IMG/VR virus record: IMGVR_UViG_3300042907_001596
Coordinates: 1-64,000 of that record
DNA length: 64,000 nucleotides
Strand: one strand, 5' to 3'
From: a virus
This document shows positions 20,201 through 28,555 of this stretch, one piece after another. How positions within the stretch are numbered: position 1 is the stretch's first letter; each line of letters begins with the position of its first letter. Both the position numbers and the translations under genes were made by a program. The notes beneath the pieces were generated by a model. It was not told where the DNA came from. It searched no databases and was given only the letters and a program-made list of their open reading frames with translations.

Positions 20201-22986
20201 CGACATCGAACGCCAGCAACACCCTGACTTCCGTGTCGTCCATCGGGACGGCAGCAATTCAAGCCGCCACCGCCACTTCCGCCGTCACCCCCAGCACGCT
20301 GGCGGCGGCGAGGGCATCCAACCGGCAACTCAGCATCAACCTCCCGGCAAGAACGGTCAACCCGCGACTGCCGCGAGTCAACATCGCTAACACCCTCAAC
20401 AACGCCACCAAAACGCTAACCTCGTCGCTGGCCGGACTGATCAACACCGGATCTCCACTCGTCAGTGCTGGCTCGTCGGCGCTGAGCGTGATCCGGCAAG
20501 AGATGACGAGCAGCCTCGTCCACCGTCGGCCGCTGCTGGATGTCATCACCTTGGCGAAGCAGTCAATAAACACCCTGTTGGGTACCGATGTGCAGCAAGT
20601 CGTGGAGAAAATCATCCCCCCGCCGCTCATTAAAGCAATCGAAAGCGCCTTCTCCCCGTCGACAACGACGACATCAGTTGCTTCCCCCACCCGCCGTCCG
20701 GTGGCGCTACCCCCGTCTAGGGTCAACAACGCCATCCTGCCAACCCAAGGCACCGACAAATGGCTATTCCCCGGCGGCAACCTCACTATGCCTGCGGCCG
20801 TAATGAACGGACTAACCGGCCTAACCCAAACGGTGCTGGGCTACAACACCTCCACCACGACGGCCAGCAGCACCTCCACCACCCGGCGGGTGCGCTTTGA
20901 GACGACGGAAACGCACATCTACCGCAAGCTCGTCGCCAACCGGGATGCCGCGATCGGCTACTTCGCCGGGATCCGCGAGGTCGCCGCTTACAGCACCGCG
21001 TACGTCGACAACGAAGACCCCGTCTCGTTCCACTTCGACCTGTACGACAAGACCCAGTGGGCGTTCAGCAGCAACATCCAAACGCTGTCGGCTACCGGCG
21101 GCGGCTACGCCGGGGTGACCGCCCAGCCGATGCTGTACGCCAACGCCGACATCGACTTCGCCCTCGACCTGGACGCCTGGACGAAGACCGGCGCGTGGAC
21201 GTGGGACAACAGCCAGGACGGCTACACCGGCAACCGGATACAGGCCGCGAAGCTCACCCCCGCCGCTGGGGCGGCTGCCACCATCGTGGCCAGAGACACC
21301 ATCGACGTAACCGCCGGGGATGTCCTGGTGGTGTCCGGCTTCACGAAGTACATCAACGCCAACCTCACCAACGTCGCCACCAACCCCAGCTTTGAGGACA
21401 CCACGCTGCTCGTCGGCAACAACGGCGGGACGTACTCCACCGAGCAGGCCCGCACCGGAACCCGCTCCCTCCGGCTGGTCAGCAACGGCACCGCCCGCTA
21501 CTCGTATATCGCCCCTGACGCCACCACTACCACCACCTTCATCCCATCGGTGGCGGGCGATGTGTGGTATGTCGAAGGGTATGTTTACGGCAAGTCCGGT
21601 GTTGGCGGCAACACCCAGACCACCGGTGGTGCTAACGCCATCCAGATCGGTCTGACCGGGTTCAACTCCGGCGGAGGATTTCTCACCAACGTCGTTACGA
21701 GCATCACCGCCGACGCCTCACGCAAGGGTGTATGGACGAAAATATCGGGATACCTCACCGCTCCGACCAACACCGTTTCCATTGCCCCTTTCGTGCAGAT
21801 CACGTCGGCCGTCACCTCCGGCGACACCTATTACTTCGATGACGTAGTGGTACGCCGCGCCGGGAAGATCACGCTGGATCTGGTGACCTACAACAGCGCC
21901 GGAGTCGCGACCGGGTCGGCCGCACTGACCGCCGTGCCGTCCACCACCGCCGGTGTCCCCGCCACCATCACCAGCCTGACGGACGTATACAAAAACACCG
22001 ACGGGGTGACCTTCACCGAACTGAAAGGCACCTACACCGTCCCCGGCTCCGGCGTGAGCGCGGTCGCGGTGAGATACACCGTCTCCAACGTGGACGGCGG
22101 TTCGGTGTGGGTTGCGGAATCCAAAGTGGTGCCGTCGGACATCGCGAAGCGTCGCGGGACTTTGTACTCTCGCTTCGTTACGACCTCCGACTTCTCCAAG
22201 GTGGTCTGCGACTTCCGCGACACCGGCGCGATGAGGTCGGACGCGATGTGGGCACGGATGGATCCGTTCAACACCGCCATCGACAAGACCAAGTTGACGT
22301 GGTACACGACGCCGTCCACGATGCCGCCGGGGATGTGGGGTGACACCTTCGCGGACTGGGCCGATGAGAACGTCAAGTGGGGTAACGCCGAAGCGACGGT
22401 GGCGATCATCGTGGATCCCAACCGGGTCTACAAAGGCAATCGGGTGCTGCGCTTCATGCGCGGAGCCAGCGCCGGACAGGCTGGGGTCACCGTAGTGCAA
22501 CGCACCAACTACGTCCCCGGCTGCCTCGCCCGCATCAGCGCGGTGTTCTACAAGCCCGAAGCCAACACCAACTCCATCAAGGTGTCGTTGCGCCGGATTA
22601 GTGACGGCGTCTACATTTACGGTGGGGCCATTGACGAAGGCATCATCCCCGACCCCGACATCGGCCGGTGGTACACCTACACCAGTCCGTGGTTTGAGAT
22701 CCCGTCCTCCCTCGACCAGGCGTACACCGTCGGCTTCTACAGCAGCGGCTCCGACGCCGAAGAACTTTACCTGTCGGATCTATACACCGAAACGACCCAC
22801 GTTCGGTACCACATGCAATTGGGCGGCAGCAGTTCTTATTCGTTCGACGTGACCGGCGCGGCGATGACGACCGACGCGATCGTCACCGCAACCAGCCCGG
22901 TCAAAGAGATGGCGATCAACGTAACCGTCCTGTCGGATCGGGTCGCGGCGTTCGGGGCAACCGTCACCCCGGTGTACCTCAAGTAG
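17227..22986 (+). CDS. Large minor tail protein (1919 aa) with inserted cutinase/LysB-like and carbohydrate-binding-like domains
   Basis: Alpha/beta hydrolase segment (FALGGYGLGAAV, AAVTFGSPAR, WWDFANSDD, GHSTY); DPPQAIDNNPGTFWKS discoidin-like; NPSFE...YYFDDVVV CBM-like; Ser/Thr-rich linker. Confidence 0.8.
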   Translation: MATDGMFYEFHIPLGLYDAIQTLLRQQQASPNTPNVITPPTTDRQWFSQPRSAVQGEITKPTFFHAVGISHLFSLFGVGIANVGGGSTLTVPGVNGKTYTWNGAPGTDPFPAMVDTTYWNVKTVQYSASAFPYLQSLAAGAEAVVAAIKATPGKFALGGYGLGAAVMSRVWDEIQYGTLASRKNDLIAAVTFGSPARAASHLWPGATPIGSWDAPSTTTGSHGVFPSDRRMTSTPAVWWDFANSDDVFSSVGNTTAGANLSALTAVLTQTFTGKDLLAFISTNLLNLPWDTITSAASTISQVTDILGSDGGGHSTYATSPPTGNPQNGLTSYQIALNYLNTVGKDYQASRTFGNTTEVVQVNFKMPMPINDLAFQAVQVPVTIEAWYKDRYNNWRAMLDDNRVPIKVNLSRATTEKWYAYRADVSPIVAQAIQLRLTRVYDSGVGNTAYCVGIRNLLARRNIYSRPAGIMATTITEDAMGNVVETTIKDWDPPQAIDNNPGTFWKSAAMPDPDAVAYLCLDVRDSDGTAKLIDTLYLDPVYTGNSMNLYYSNDDLNSTLRLSPISLRPTTAPSGTTWKINKGLSDITTGTSASTWSAPFRIGPQVRRDAWIGIEWAPNFSSAAPPANNPVLFEVTPSGAKPGQFWPRVYYQTSPSRLVLEFTNGTSTPYQFVAPFSTTFAAGTTLRIVAGWAYNMPGEAVVVSVCNQNGTEIAAFTTSSVVDIPELITFDGKVGFSRFKGLLTAHVVKLASWTDSSGKADFQANPMSFVDPEPTIPDADGQIGSSSLDNAVLSCDWTTQQYPIGGSHTSAHADRKWVPVWRDYVTKKGKMFLPHQIRAQYLKLEFSKLTPEPYPIYDTGIQVTYETFPVSVYGDYKSTTTITNTVNRRVPGLLENVGDATTQFVGNAIGTITGAADAIGGAVNGVLGKIGSLVGGISSVNWLDTTSIRAAIEAPFTAVAQPIVAALGYSNPIQSLPNTLLSAVSTVSNTFMSTSNASNTLTSVSSIGTAAIQAATATSAVTPSTLAAARASNRQLSINLPARTVNPRLPRVNIANTLNNATKTLTSSLAGLINTGSPLVSAGSSALSVIRQEMTSSLVHRRPLLDVITLAKQSINTLLGTDVQQVVEKIIPPPLIKAIESAFSPSTTTTSVASPTRRPVALPPSRVNNAILPTQGTDKWLFPGGNLTMPAAVMNGLTGLTQTVLGYNTSTTTASSTSTTRRVRFETTETHIYRKLVANRDAAIGYFAGIREVAAYSTAYVDNEDPVSFHFDLYDKTQWAFSSNIQTLSATGGGYAGVTAQPMLYANADIDFALDLDAWTKTGAWTWDNSQDGYTGNRIQAAKLTPAAGAAATIVARDTIDVTAGDVLVVSGFTKYINANLTNVATNPSFEDTTLLVGNNGGTYSTEQARTGTRSLRLVSNGTARYSYIAPDATTTTTFIPSVAGDVWYVEGYVYGKSGVGGNTQTTGGANAIQIGLTGFNSGGGFLTNVVTSITADASRKGVWTKISGYLTAPTNTVSIAPFVQITSAVTSGDTYYFDDVVVRRAGKITLDLVTYNSAGVATGSAALTAVPSTTAGVPATITSLTDVYKNTDGVTFTELKGTYTVPGSGVSAVAVRYTVSNVDGGSVWVAESKVVPSDIAKRRGTLYSRFVTTSDFSKVVCDFRDTGAMRSDAMWARMDPFNTAIDKTKLTWYTTPSTMPPGMWGDTFADWADENVKWGNAEATVAIIVDPNRVYKGNRVLRFMRGASAGQAGVTVVQRTNYVPGCLARISAVFYKPEANTNSIKVSLRRISDGVYIYGGAIDEGIIPDPDIGRWYTYTSPWFEIPSSLDQAYTVGFYSSGSDAEELYLSDLYTETTHVRYHMQLGGSSSYSFDVTGAAMTTDAIVTATSPVKEMAINVTVLSDRVAAFGATVTPVYLK

Positions 22987-23027
22987 GGAATATCTGCCCG
23001 CCTCCCGGCGTTCTTGTAGATGGAGGG
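22987..23027 (+). promoter_or_regulatory. Class-1 promoter GGAAT-N18-GTT-N8-TGGAGGG (copy 1)
   Basis: GGAAT 22987, GTT 23010, TGGAGGG 23021; same spacing in seven copies. Confidence 0.8.
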
Positions 23028-23056
23028 GCCAGGTGGCTCCGCCGGGAGGGATCGAC

Positions 23057-23482
23057 ATGGGAAGGTTTGCCAAGCTCGACCTGGGTTGGTTCTGCTGCGA
23101 CGGTTGGCGTTGCGCGGATTGTCACCGGCTCAAAGAAGGATCTGGCGGCGTCTACAGCCTCTGCGTCCTAGGTGTGCTGTGCGGTGCTTGCGAGCACGAA
23201 GTGGAAGCCGGTATCCCGGCCCCGCCCGAACCACCCGCCCCCGAACTGAAGGGCGCAGCTATCGCGCTGGACGCCTACGGACTGGGCATCGTTCGATTCT
23301 ACGGCCCCGACGCCGAAGATCACGCGCTGGCCTTCCTAGCCCGCAAAGATGCTGAAGAGGTGCGGGAACTGCCCATCGACCGGGCCTACGAACGGCTGAT
23401 CGAAGCCCTCTACCCACAATGCGAACACGGCCTGGAACTCGCGCTGTGTGCAGGCCCCGGCCACTACCCGATGGATATGTGA
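23057..23482 (+). CDS. Hypothetical Cys-rich protein
   Basis: RBS GGGAGGG, ATG 23057; CxxC pairs and C-terminal CEHGLELALCAGPGHY. Confidence 0.65.
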   Translation: MGRFAKLDLGWFCCDGWRCADCHRLKEGSGGVYSLCVLGVLCGACEHEVEAGIPAPPEPPAPELKGAAIALDAYGLGIVRFYGPDAEDHALAFLARKDAEEVRELPIDRAYERLIEALYPQCEHGLELALCAGPGHYPMDM

Positions 23483-23661
23483 TGAAAGCCTGCCGCGAGT
23501 GCTACCACCTGGCCGACGAGCCGAAGCCGCACAGCATCCTGTGCTCCAAACGGGAGCCGGTGACCTGCTCTCACTGCGGGGCGCAGTTCCGCATCCCCGG
23601 TCAGACGTACGGCTTCAGCCACTGCGACCTTCACGCGGAATACACCCCGCTGCCCGACTAG
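23482..23661 (+). CDS. Small Zn-finger-like protein
   Basis: TGATG coupling; CRECYH, CSHCG, FSHCDLH. Confidence 0.6.
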   Translation: MKACRECYHLADEPKPHSILCSKREPVTCSHCGAQFRIPGQTYGFSHCDLHAEYTPLPD

Positions 23662-23702
23662 GGAATGTCCGGCCTCCCCGCTACGTTGTAAGTAGTGGAG
23701 GG
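23662..23702 (+). promoter_or_regulatory. Class-1 promoter (copy 2)
   Basis: GGAAT 23662, GTT 23685, TGGAGGG 23696. Confidence 0.8.
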
Positions 23703-23708
23703 AGAAAT

Positions 23709-23918
23709 ATGGACAGGATCACTGAGCGCGACGTGGACGACCGTCCGTTCGACCACGACGGCGAACTCGTGACCGCCGAAGAGTGGTGGGAGCACTTCCG
23801 CGCCGAAGCCTGCTGCCGCGACTGGCACCAAGCCGCCGCACTGCTGTGCGGCTGCGGCGGGTCGGGCGCACTACCCAGCGGCATCAGCCGCTTACTGATT
23901 GGAGAGGAGGAGTTATGA
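23709..23918 (+). CDS. Hypothetical protein
   Basis: ATG 23709 with RBS GGAGGGAG, directly behind the promoter motif. Confidence 0.65.
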   Translation: MDRITERDVDDRPFDHDGELVTAEEWWEHFRAEACCRDWHQAAALLCGCGGSGALPSGISRLLIGEEEL

Positions 23919-24076
23919 CACCGCACGAAGCGGAAAAAATCCGCCGCCGGGATCGCACCCAGCGGGGGCGCTCCCCTGCCCAGCGCACTACGCGCAGCAA
24001 GGACAAAGGCCGCGCCGCCAAACGCCCCGGTAAGGGGGAGCGCAACGCATGGAAGAAAGCCCTCGTCAACGCCTGA
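23915..24076 (+). CDS. Small basic hypothetical protein
   Basis: RBS GAGGAGGAG, ATGA overlap, Arg/Lys-rich. Confidence 0.6.
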   Translation: MTPHEAEKIRRRDRTQRGRSPAQRTTRSKDKGRAAKRPGKGERNAWKKALVNA

Positions 24077-24264
24077 TCTGGCATCGACGCAAAGGGCTGG
24101 GTGGGCTGTACGCCCGCCTGCCCGACAAACAGTCTTACGACATCACCCTCGCCCCGGTCGACGGCTATTACCTGTCACTGGTGCTGCCCGACGACCGGCG
24201 GATCACGCTGGGTCACTTCGGCAAGCAAGTGGAAGCGAAGCGGTTCGCGGAAGCGAGGGAATAA
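24049..24264 (+). CDS. Hypothetical protein
   Basis: RBS GGGGAG; stop TAA overlaps the next GGAAT. Confidence 0.55.
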   Translation: MEESPRQRLIWHRRKGLGGLYARLPDKQSYDITLAPVDGYYLSLVLPDDRRITLGHFGKQVEAKRFAEARE

Positions 24265-24298
24265 CCCCGGCACTCCCAGCGTTGGACTAGGTGGAGGG
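24258..24298 (+). promoter_or_regulatory. Class-1 promoter (copy 3)
   Basis: GGAAT 24258, GTT 24281, TGGAGGG 24292. Confidence 0.8.
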
Positions 24299-24309
24299 AA
24301 GGAAACAGA

Positions 24310-25626
24310 ATGACTGCCCCAATCATCATCGCCCCGGCCGACGAAGCCGTGGTGCTGCACATCCCCGCCTACCGGCGGGACGACCTCGACCACAAACTGG
24401 CTATCGCCAACCGCCGCTTAGAGCGCGGTGGTGTCGACGGCCGGTTCAGCTACGTCGCGGTGCCCGTTGAGCGCAAGATCCGCAAAGGCGCGATCGAACT
24501 GCCCGACGGCACTTTGTTCGGCGGCACCGAAGTGGTTGAACCCTGGCTGGACATCACGCTCGACGCCCTCAAGATCGGCGGCGGCGACCACACCTTCGTT
24601 GCGGCCCTGGTGGGCGAAGAGGCGGGTTACACCGTCCACTGCGCTCCCGGCCAAAGCCTCGACGGCTGGGTGCGCCCGCCGGTGGACGACATTCACTGCG
24701 ATCACTGCGGCCTGAAGCGCGACCGCCGCCGGATCTACATCGTGCGCGACGACCGGGACGGCAAGCTCCTCCAGGTCGGCCACTCCTGCATTGAGCTTTA
24801 CACCGGCCTCAAGATCAAGGGCCTGTGGGCGCTGGAGTTCGGCAAGGAACTGCGCGGCTGGGCCGACGAAGACACCGGCGGCGGCTTCGGTGACCGCGAC
24901 TACGGTGCGCCGGTCGACAAGGTGCTGGCGCTAGCCTTCGCTTTCGCTGACGAAGGCCGCAGCTACGTCTCCGTCAAAGCGGCGGAAGCCGGGGTGGGTG
25001 ACGCCACCGGCGGTCTGGTGCGGAGCGCACTGTTCTTCCCGCCCCGGCCTCCCCGCTCCGGCGCTAGCCCCCGCGAGCACGCGGCGTACGAAGACTTCCT
25101 CGCAAAGGTGCGCCTGGCTGAGGTCTTCGTCACCGACGCCGCCCTCATCGCCGGGATCCGCGAAGCCGCCGACACCTTAGAGGCGGGCACCGACTACGGC
25201 GACAACATGAAGGTCATCCTCGCCGGGGAGTACGTCTCCGGCCGCAACGTCGGGATCCTCGCCTCGCTGGTCGCGGTCTACGCCCGCGAGAAGGAACTCG
25301 CCGTCAAGCGGGAGCAGGAAGCGAAGTCGCCTCCGGCGAAGGGGTTCCTCGCGGAGGTCAAGGTGCGGGTGCGGGATCTGGAACTGGCCCTGCGGACGGT
25401 GAAGTCCTGGGAAGGCCAGTGGGGCTGGACGACCCTCCTGGTCGGCCGCGCCGCCACCGGGCACACGGTCAAGTGGTTCGCCTCCGGCTCGCTCGACCTG
25501 GAGCCGGGGGACACCCTCTTCCTGAAGGCCGCAACGGTCAAGGCCCACGAGGTCTACGAAGGTGTCGACCAGACGGTCATCACCAGGGGCGTCATCGACC
25601 ACGACAAGATGGGCGCGGTGGTGTAA
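24310..25626 (+). CDS. Hypothetical protein with Zn-ribbon and C-terminal OB-fold-like region
   Basis: CDHC...QVGHSC; C-terminal VKWFAS...ATVKAHEVYEGVDQTVITR; strong RBS. Confidence 0.7.
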   Translation: MTAPIIIAPADEAVVLHIPAYRRDDLDHKLAIANRRLERGGVDGRFSYVAVPVERKIRKGAIELPDGTLFGGTEVVEPWLDITLDALKIGGGDHTFVAALVGEEAGYTVHCAPGQSLDGWVRPPVDDIHCDHCGLKRDRRRIYIVRDDRDGKLLQVGHSCIELYTGLKIKGLWALEFGKELRGWADEDTGGGFGDRDYGAPVDKVLALAFAFADEGRSYVSVKAAEAGVGDATGGLVRSALFFPPRPPRSGASPREHAAYEDFLAKVRLAEVFVTDAALIAGIREAADTLEAGTDYGDNMKVILAGEYVSGRNVGILASLVAVYAREKELAVKREQEAKSPPAKGFLAEVKVRVRDLELALRTVKSWEGQWGWTTLLVGRAATGHTVKWFASGSLDLEPGDTLFLKAATVKAHEVYEGVDQTVITRGVIDHDKMGAVV

Positions 25627-25657
25627 AACGGCAGAACCCGCCAGGGAAAGGGTGAAG
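25622..25657 (+). promoter_or_regulatory. Class-2 promoter-like motif TGTAAA-N18-GAAAGGGTGAAG
   Basis: Both boxes and spacing are identical to the copy at 51132; separate RBS GGAGG at 25672. Confidence 0.62.
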
Positions 25658-25685
25658 TCAACGCCCACCCTGGAGGGTTCTTTTT

Positions 25686-27398
25686 ATGCCGCCCGCCTAC
25701 CGGCTTTACACCTTCGGTGGCACCGGAAACCTTAGCGTCGCGCTGGGGAAGACGGCCGTCGACCCCACTTACAGCACGGCGTCCGTCGACTACTCCCAGG
25801 CGGGCTACGGAGCGCAGATCGCCCAAGGAGTAAACCCCCGCCAGGTGGAGTGGGTGCCGGTGGCGTACGCCGCAGCGGCCTACCCGATGAATGTGTCCGT
25901 AGCGACCGCAGTCAACCGCACCGTCTCTATGATCCTCGCCAACCCCGGCAAGATCTTCCTGGCAGGAACCAGCCAGGGTGCGTACGTCACCAGCCAGCTT
26001 TGGCGGGAGTTCACCACCGGCCGTCTGGTGAGCCGCCGTGCCGACCTCGTCCGCATCTACCACTACGGCAACCCGCTGCGCCAAGCCAAGATGTTTCGCG
26101 GCACCCGTAACCCCGGTGGGCACGGCTGCGCCGCAGCGAACCTTCGGCTGACCAACACCGACCCGGCTGTCGTGTGGGAGTTTGCCAACCCCGGCGACCC
26201 GGTGGCAATCCAGTTTGACGACCAAAAGGGCACCTGGGCAGCGAGCTTCTTCGGCATCCTCAACCAGAACGCGACCAGCGTCTCGACGCTGGCGGCGCAG
26301 ATCTCCACGCTGCTCCTCAAACCCAACGCCAACCTATCCACGCTGGTGTCGCTCATCAACGACTTGATCAACAACATGCTCAACCAGACCGGCAAGCACA
26401 ACGCCTACCAGAACTTCTTCCCGTTCGGGGGGACGAAGAGTTCCGTGCAACTGGCGATAGACGACATCGCCACCATCGTCGGCGCACCGTCATCGAAGAC
26501 CCGGCATTACATTGCAATCCCTCCGGCGCTGTCGGTTGACGACCTCACGAAGACCTGCACCGGCATCAAAAACCTCAACATCGGATCGGTGCGGATCCCG
26601 GTGCCGTGGGGGGCAGCGCAGACTTCCGCGACGACCTTCGCGTGGACACCTTTCGACCAAGCCGTCAACGCCGCCCTCACCGCCGGACTGCGGATCCTGC
26701 TGGTGATCGCCCCTACCCGGCCGGAGTGGGCGACCGTCGCTACGTCCAACCTCAGCTTCGGCACCTTTGCCGCTGCTGTTGTGTCCCGCTACCGCCCCGG
26801 CGGCACCGGGGTCATCGCCAGCAACGCCGGGAAGGGTGCGGAGGAGTACCAAGTTTGGGACGAGCCGAACGTCATTGAGAACCTAACGACCGGCGATAAT
26901 CCAACCGCGTCAGGCTACGTCGCTTACCTTCGGGAAGCGTACGTCGCCATCAAGCGAGAGCAGCCAACCGCCACGGTGGTATTCGCCGGACTCCAAGCCT
27001 GCACCACCCAAACAATCGCCGCTGCCCGCCGGGTATCCCGCGCCGCCCTGACAACTTCCGCCAACATCGACCCCGTTACTTTCCTCACCGACTGCTACGC
27101 CGCCGGGGCAAAGCCTTTCTTCGATGTGATGGCCTACCATCCGCTGTCGATGGCGACTCGACAGAAACCTCAACCGCCCGCGCCGAGCGTCAACCTCATC
27201 GCCCAGTCCGACAGCATCAACGCCCTGATGGTGGCGAAGGGCGACGGCACCAAGCCGATGTACTGGACGCAAGTCGGCTACAACACCGCACTGATCACCC
27301 AAACCCAGCAGCAGGCATACCTGGACACGATGCGGTGGCTGGCGCACGAACGCACTTATGTGACCGGCATGGTCGTATCGGGATACCGGGATTTCTGA
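25686..27398 (+). CDS. Cutinase/LysB-like esterase fused to GH5/GH39-like (clan GH-A) barrel
   Basis: GTSQG elbow, YGNPLR, FANPGDP, KHNAY; then VRIPVPW, VWDEPN, DVMAYHP, YWTQVGY. Confidence 0.78.
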   Translation: MPPAYRLYTFGGTGNLSVALGKTAVDPTYSTASVDYSQAGYGAQIAQGVNPRQVEWVPVAYAAAAYPMNVSVATAVNRTVSMILANPGKIFLAGTSQGAYVTSQLWREFTTGRLVSRRADLVRIYHYGNPLRQAKMFRGTRNPGGHGCAAANLRLTNTDPAVVWEFANPGDPVAIQFDDQKGTWAASFFGILNQNATSVSTLAAQISTLLLKPNANLSTLVSLINDLINNMLNQTGKHNAYQNFFPFGGTKSSVQLAIDDIATIVGAPSSKTRHYIAIPPALSVDDLTKTCTGIKNLNIGSVRIPVPWGAAQTSATTFAWTPFDQAVNAALTAGLRILLVIAPTRPEWATVATSNLSFGTFAAAVVSRYRPGGTGVIASNAGKGAEEYQVWDEPNVIENLTTGDNPTASGYVAYLREAYVAIKREQPTATVVFAGLQACTTQTIAAARRVSRAALTTSANIDPVTFLTDCYAAGAKPFFDVMAYHPLSMATRQKPQPPAPSVNLIAQSDSINALMVAKGDGTKPMYWTQVGYNTALITQTQQQAYLDTMRWLAHERTYVTGMVVSGYRDF

Positions 27399-28555
27399 TG
27401 ACACAAAACAGCTACGGACTCTTTGACTCCAACTACGCCGCTAAGAAAGCAGCAGCATCGGTAGCCCGATGGAATGACGGCGTGAAGCGCCACACCCTTT
27501 ACACGGTGTGCGGCACCACCCAAGACGGCTGGGGCATCGTCAACATCCCGTACGAAGCCGAAGCCAAAGCGGCGCTCTACAAGCTGTACTACTCAATCGG
27601 AGGCACCGATCCTCCGCCGGTGGATGGAGAGCGCGGCCCGAACATCAACCTCATCAACACCGATGCCGTCGTCGGGGTGTACGCCGACCCGGCGCTGTTC
27701 AACTGGGTGCCGGTGAGCTACCCGGCGTCGATGCCGACTGGTGCGGGCCTTCTCGACAACGACTGGCAGCCGCAGAACATCTCTTTCCTCGACTCTGTCA
27801 CGCTGGGCGTGAAGGAACTGACCAGCCTAATCTTAGCCACACCGGGAACCTTCGCTCTGGTGGGAATGAGCCAAGGAGCGATGGTCATCACCAAAGTTTT
27901 GCACGCGATGATGACGCCGGGGACGGCGCTGTCAGCGCGGATGGGGGACTGCATCGCCGGGTTGGCATATGGAAATCCGCACCGCAAGCCGGGGGCGTCT
28001 TTCACCGGCGGCACCCACCTCAAGCTCAACGTCGGCGGGGTGAGTTATGTCGGCGGCGGGCTGTTCTCGTCGGCACCTCCCGCCACCACCCCGGCCGCTC
28101 TCGCCCAGAACATGCTGCTAGGAAATGGCAGTGTCACCACCCCCGACTGGTGGTGGGAAATGTGTACACCCAACGACTTCTTTGCCGACTCCCCGATCAC
28201 CACAATCGCCGGTGCGGTGATGGGAGAGATTGCCCGCGTCGCCGTCGGCATCAGGGGCGGCATTGACCCAATGGAGATGATGAGAAACATCGCGGGTGCG
28301 TTCCTCAAGCCGGGTGCGATCACCTGGGATGGATTTGCCTCGCTGCTCCAGACGCTGTCGCAGCCGAAAGTCACTAAGGTCATCACCGACTGGCTGGGGG
28401 CGTTCTCCGCACCGACACCGAACCCGCACATCTTGTACGGGGTGCTCTCGCCGCCGACCCTGCCGACCGGGCTGGGCCTCGCGCCGAAAGCAACGTACCA
28501 CGAAGTCGGCGTCGCTTACATGAACGCACGCGGCAGAGCTATCGCCCCGCGTTAG
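27398..28555 (+). CDS. Cutinase/LysB-like alpha/beta hydrolase
   Basis: LVGMSQGA, YGNPHR, CTPNDFF, PHILY triad motifs; TGATG overlap. Confidence 0.78.
   Translation: MTQNSYGLFDSNYAAKKAAASVARWNDGVKRHTLYTVCGTTQDGWGIVNIPYEAEAKAALYKLYYSIGGTDPPPVDGERGPNINLINTDAVVGVYADPALFNWVPVSYPASMPTGAGLLDNDWQPQNISFLDSVTLGVKELTSLILATPGTFALVGMSQGAMVITKVLHAMMTPGTALSARMGDCIAGLAYGNPHRKPGASFTGGTHLKLNVGGVSYVGGGLFSSAPPATTPAALAQNMLLGNGSVTTPDWWWEMCTPNDFFADSPITTIAGAVMGEIARVAVGIRGGIDPMEMMRNIAGAFLKPGAITWDGFASLLQTLSQPKVTKVITDWLGAFSAPTPNPHILYGVLSPPTLPTGLGLAPKATYHEVGVAYMNARGRAIAPR

Noticed and set aside
23019-23030. GTGGAGGG repeats as twister ribozyme 3' ends
   Set aside because: The other twister elements (UAA-P2, GGU...AAG...CC pseudoknot partners) are absent; fixed GGAAT-N18-GTT spacing fits a promoter.
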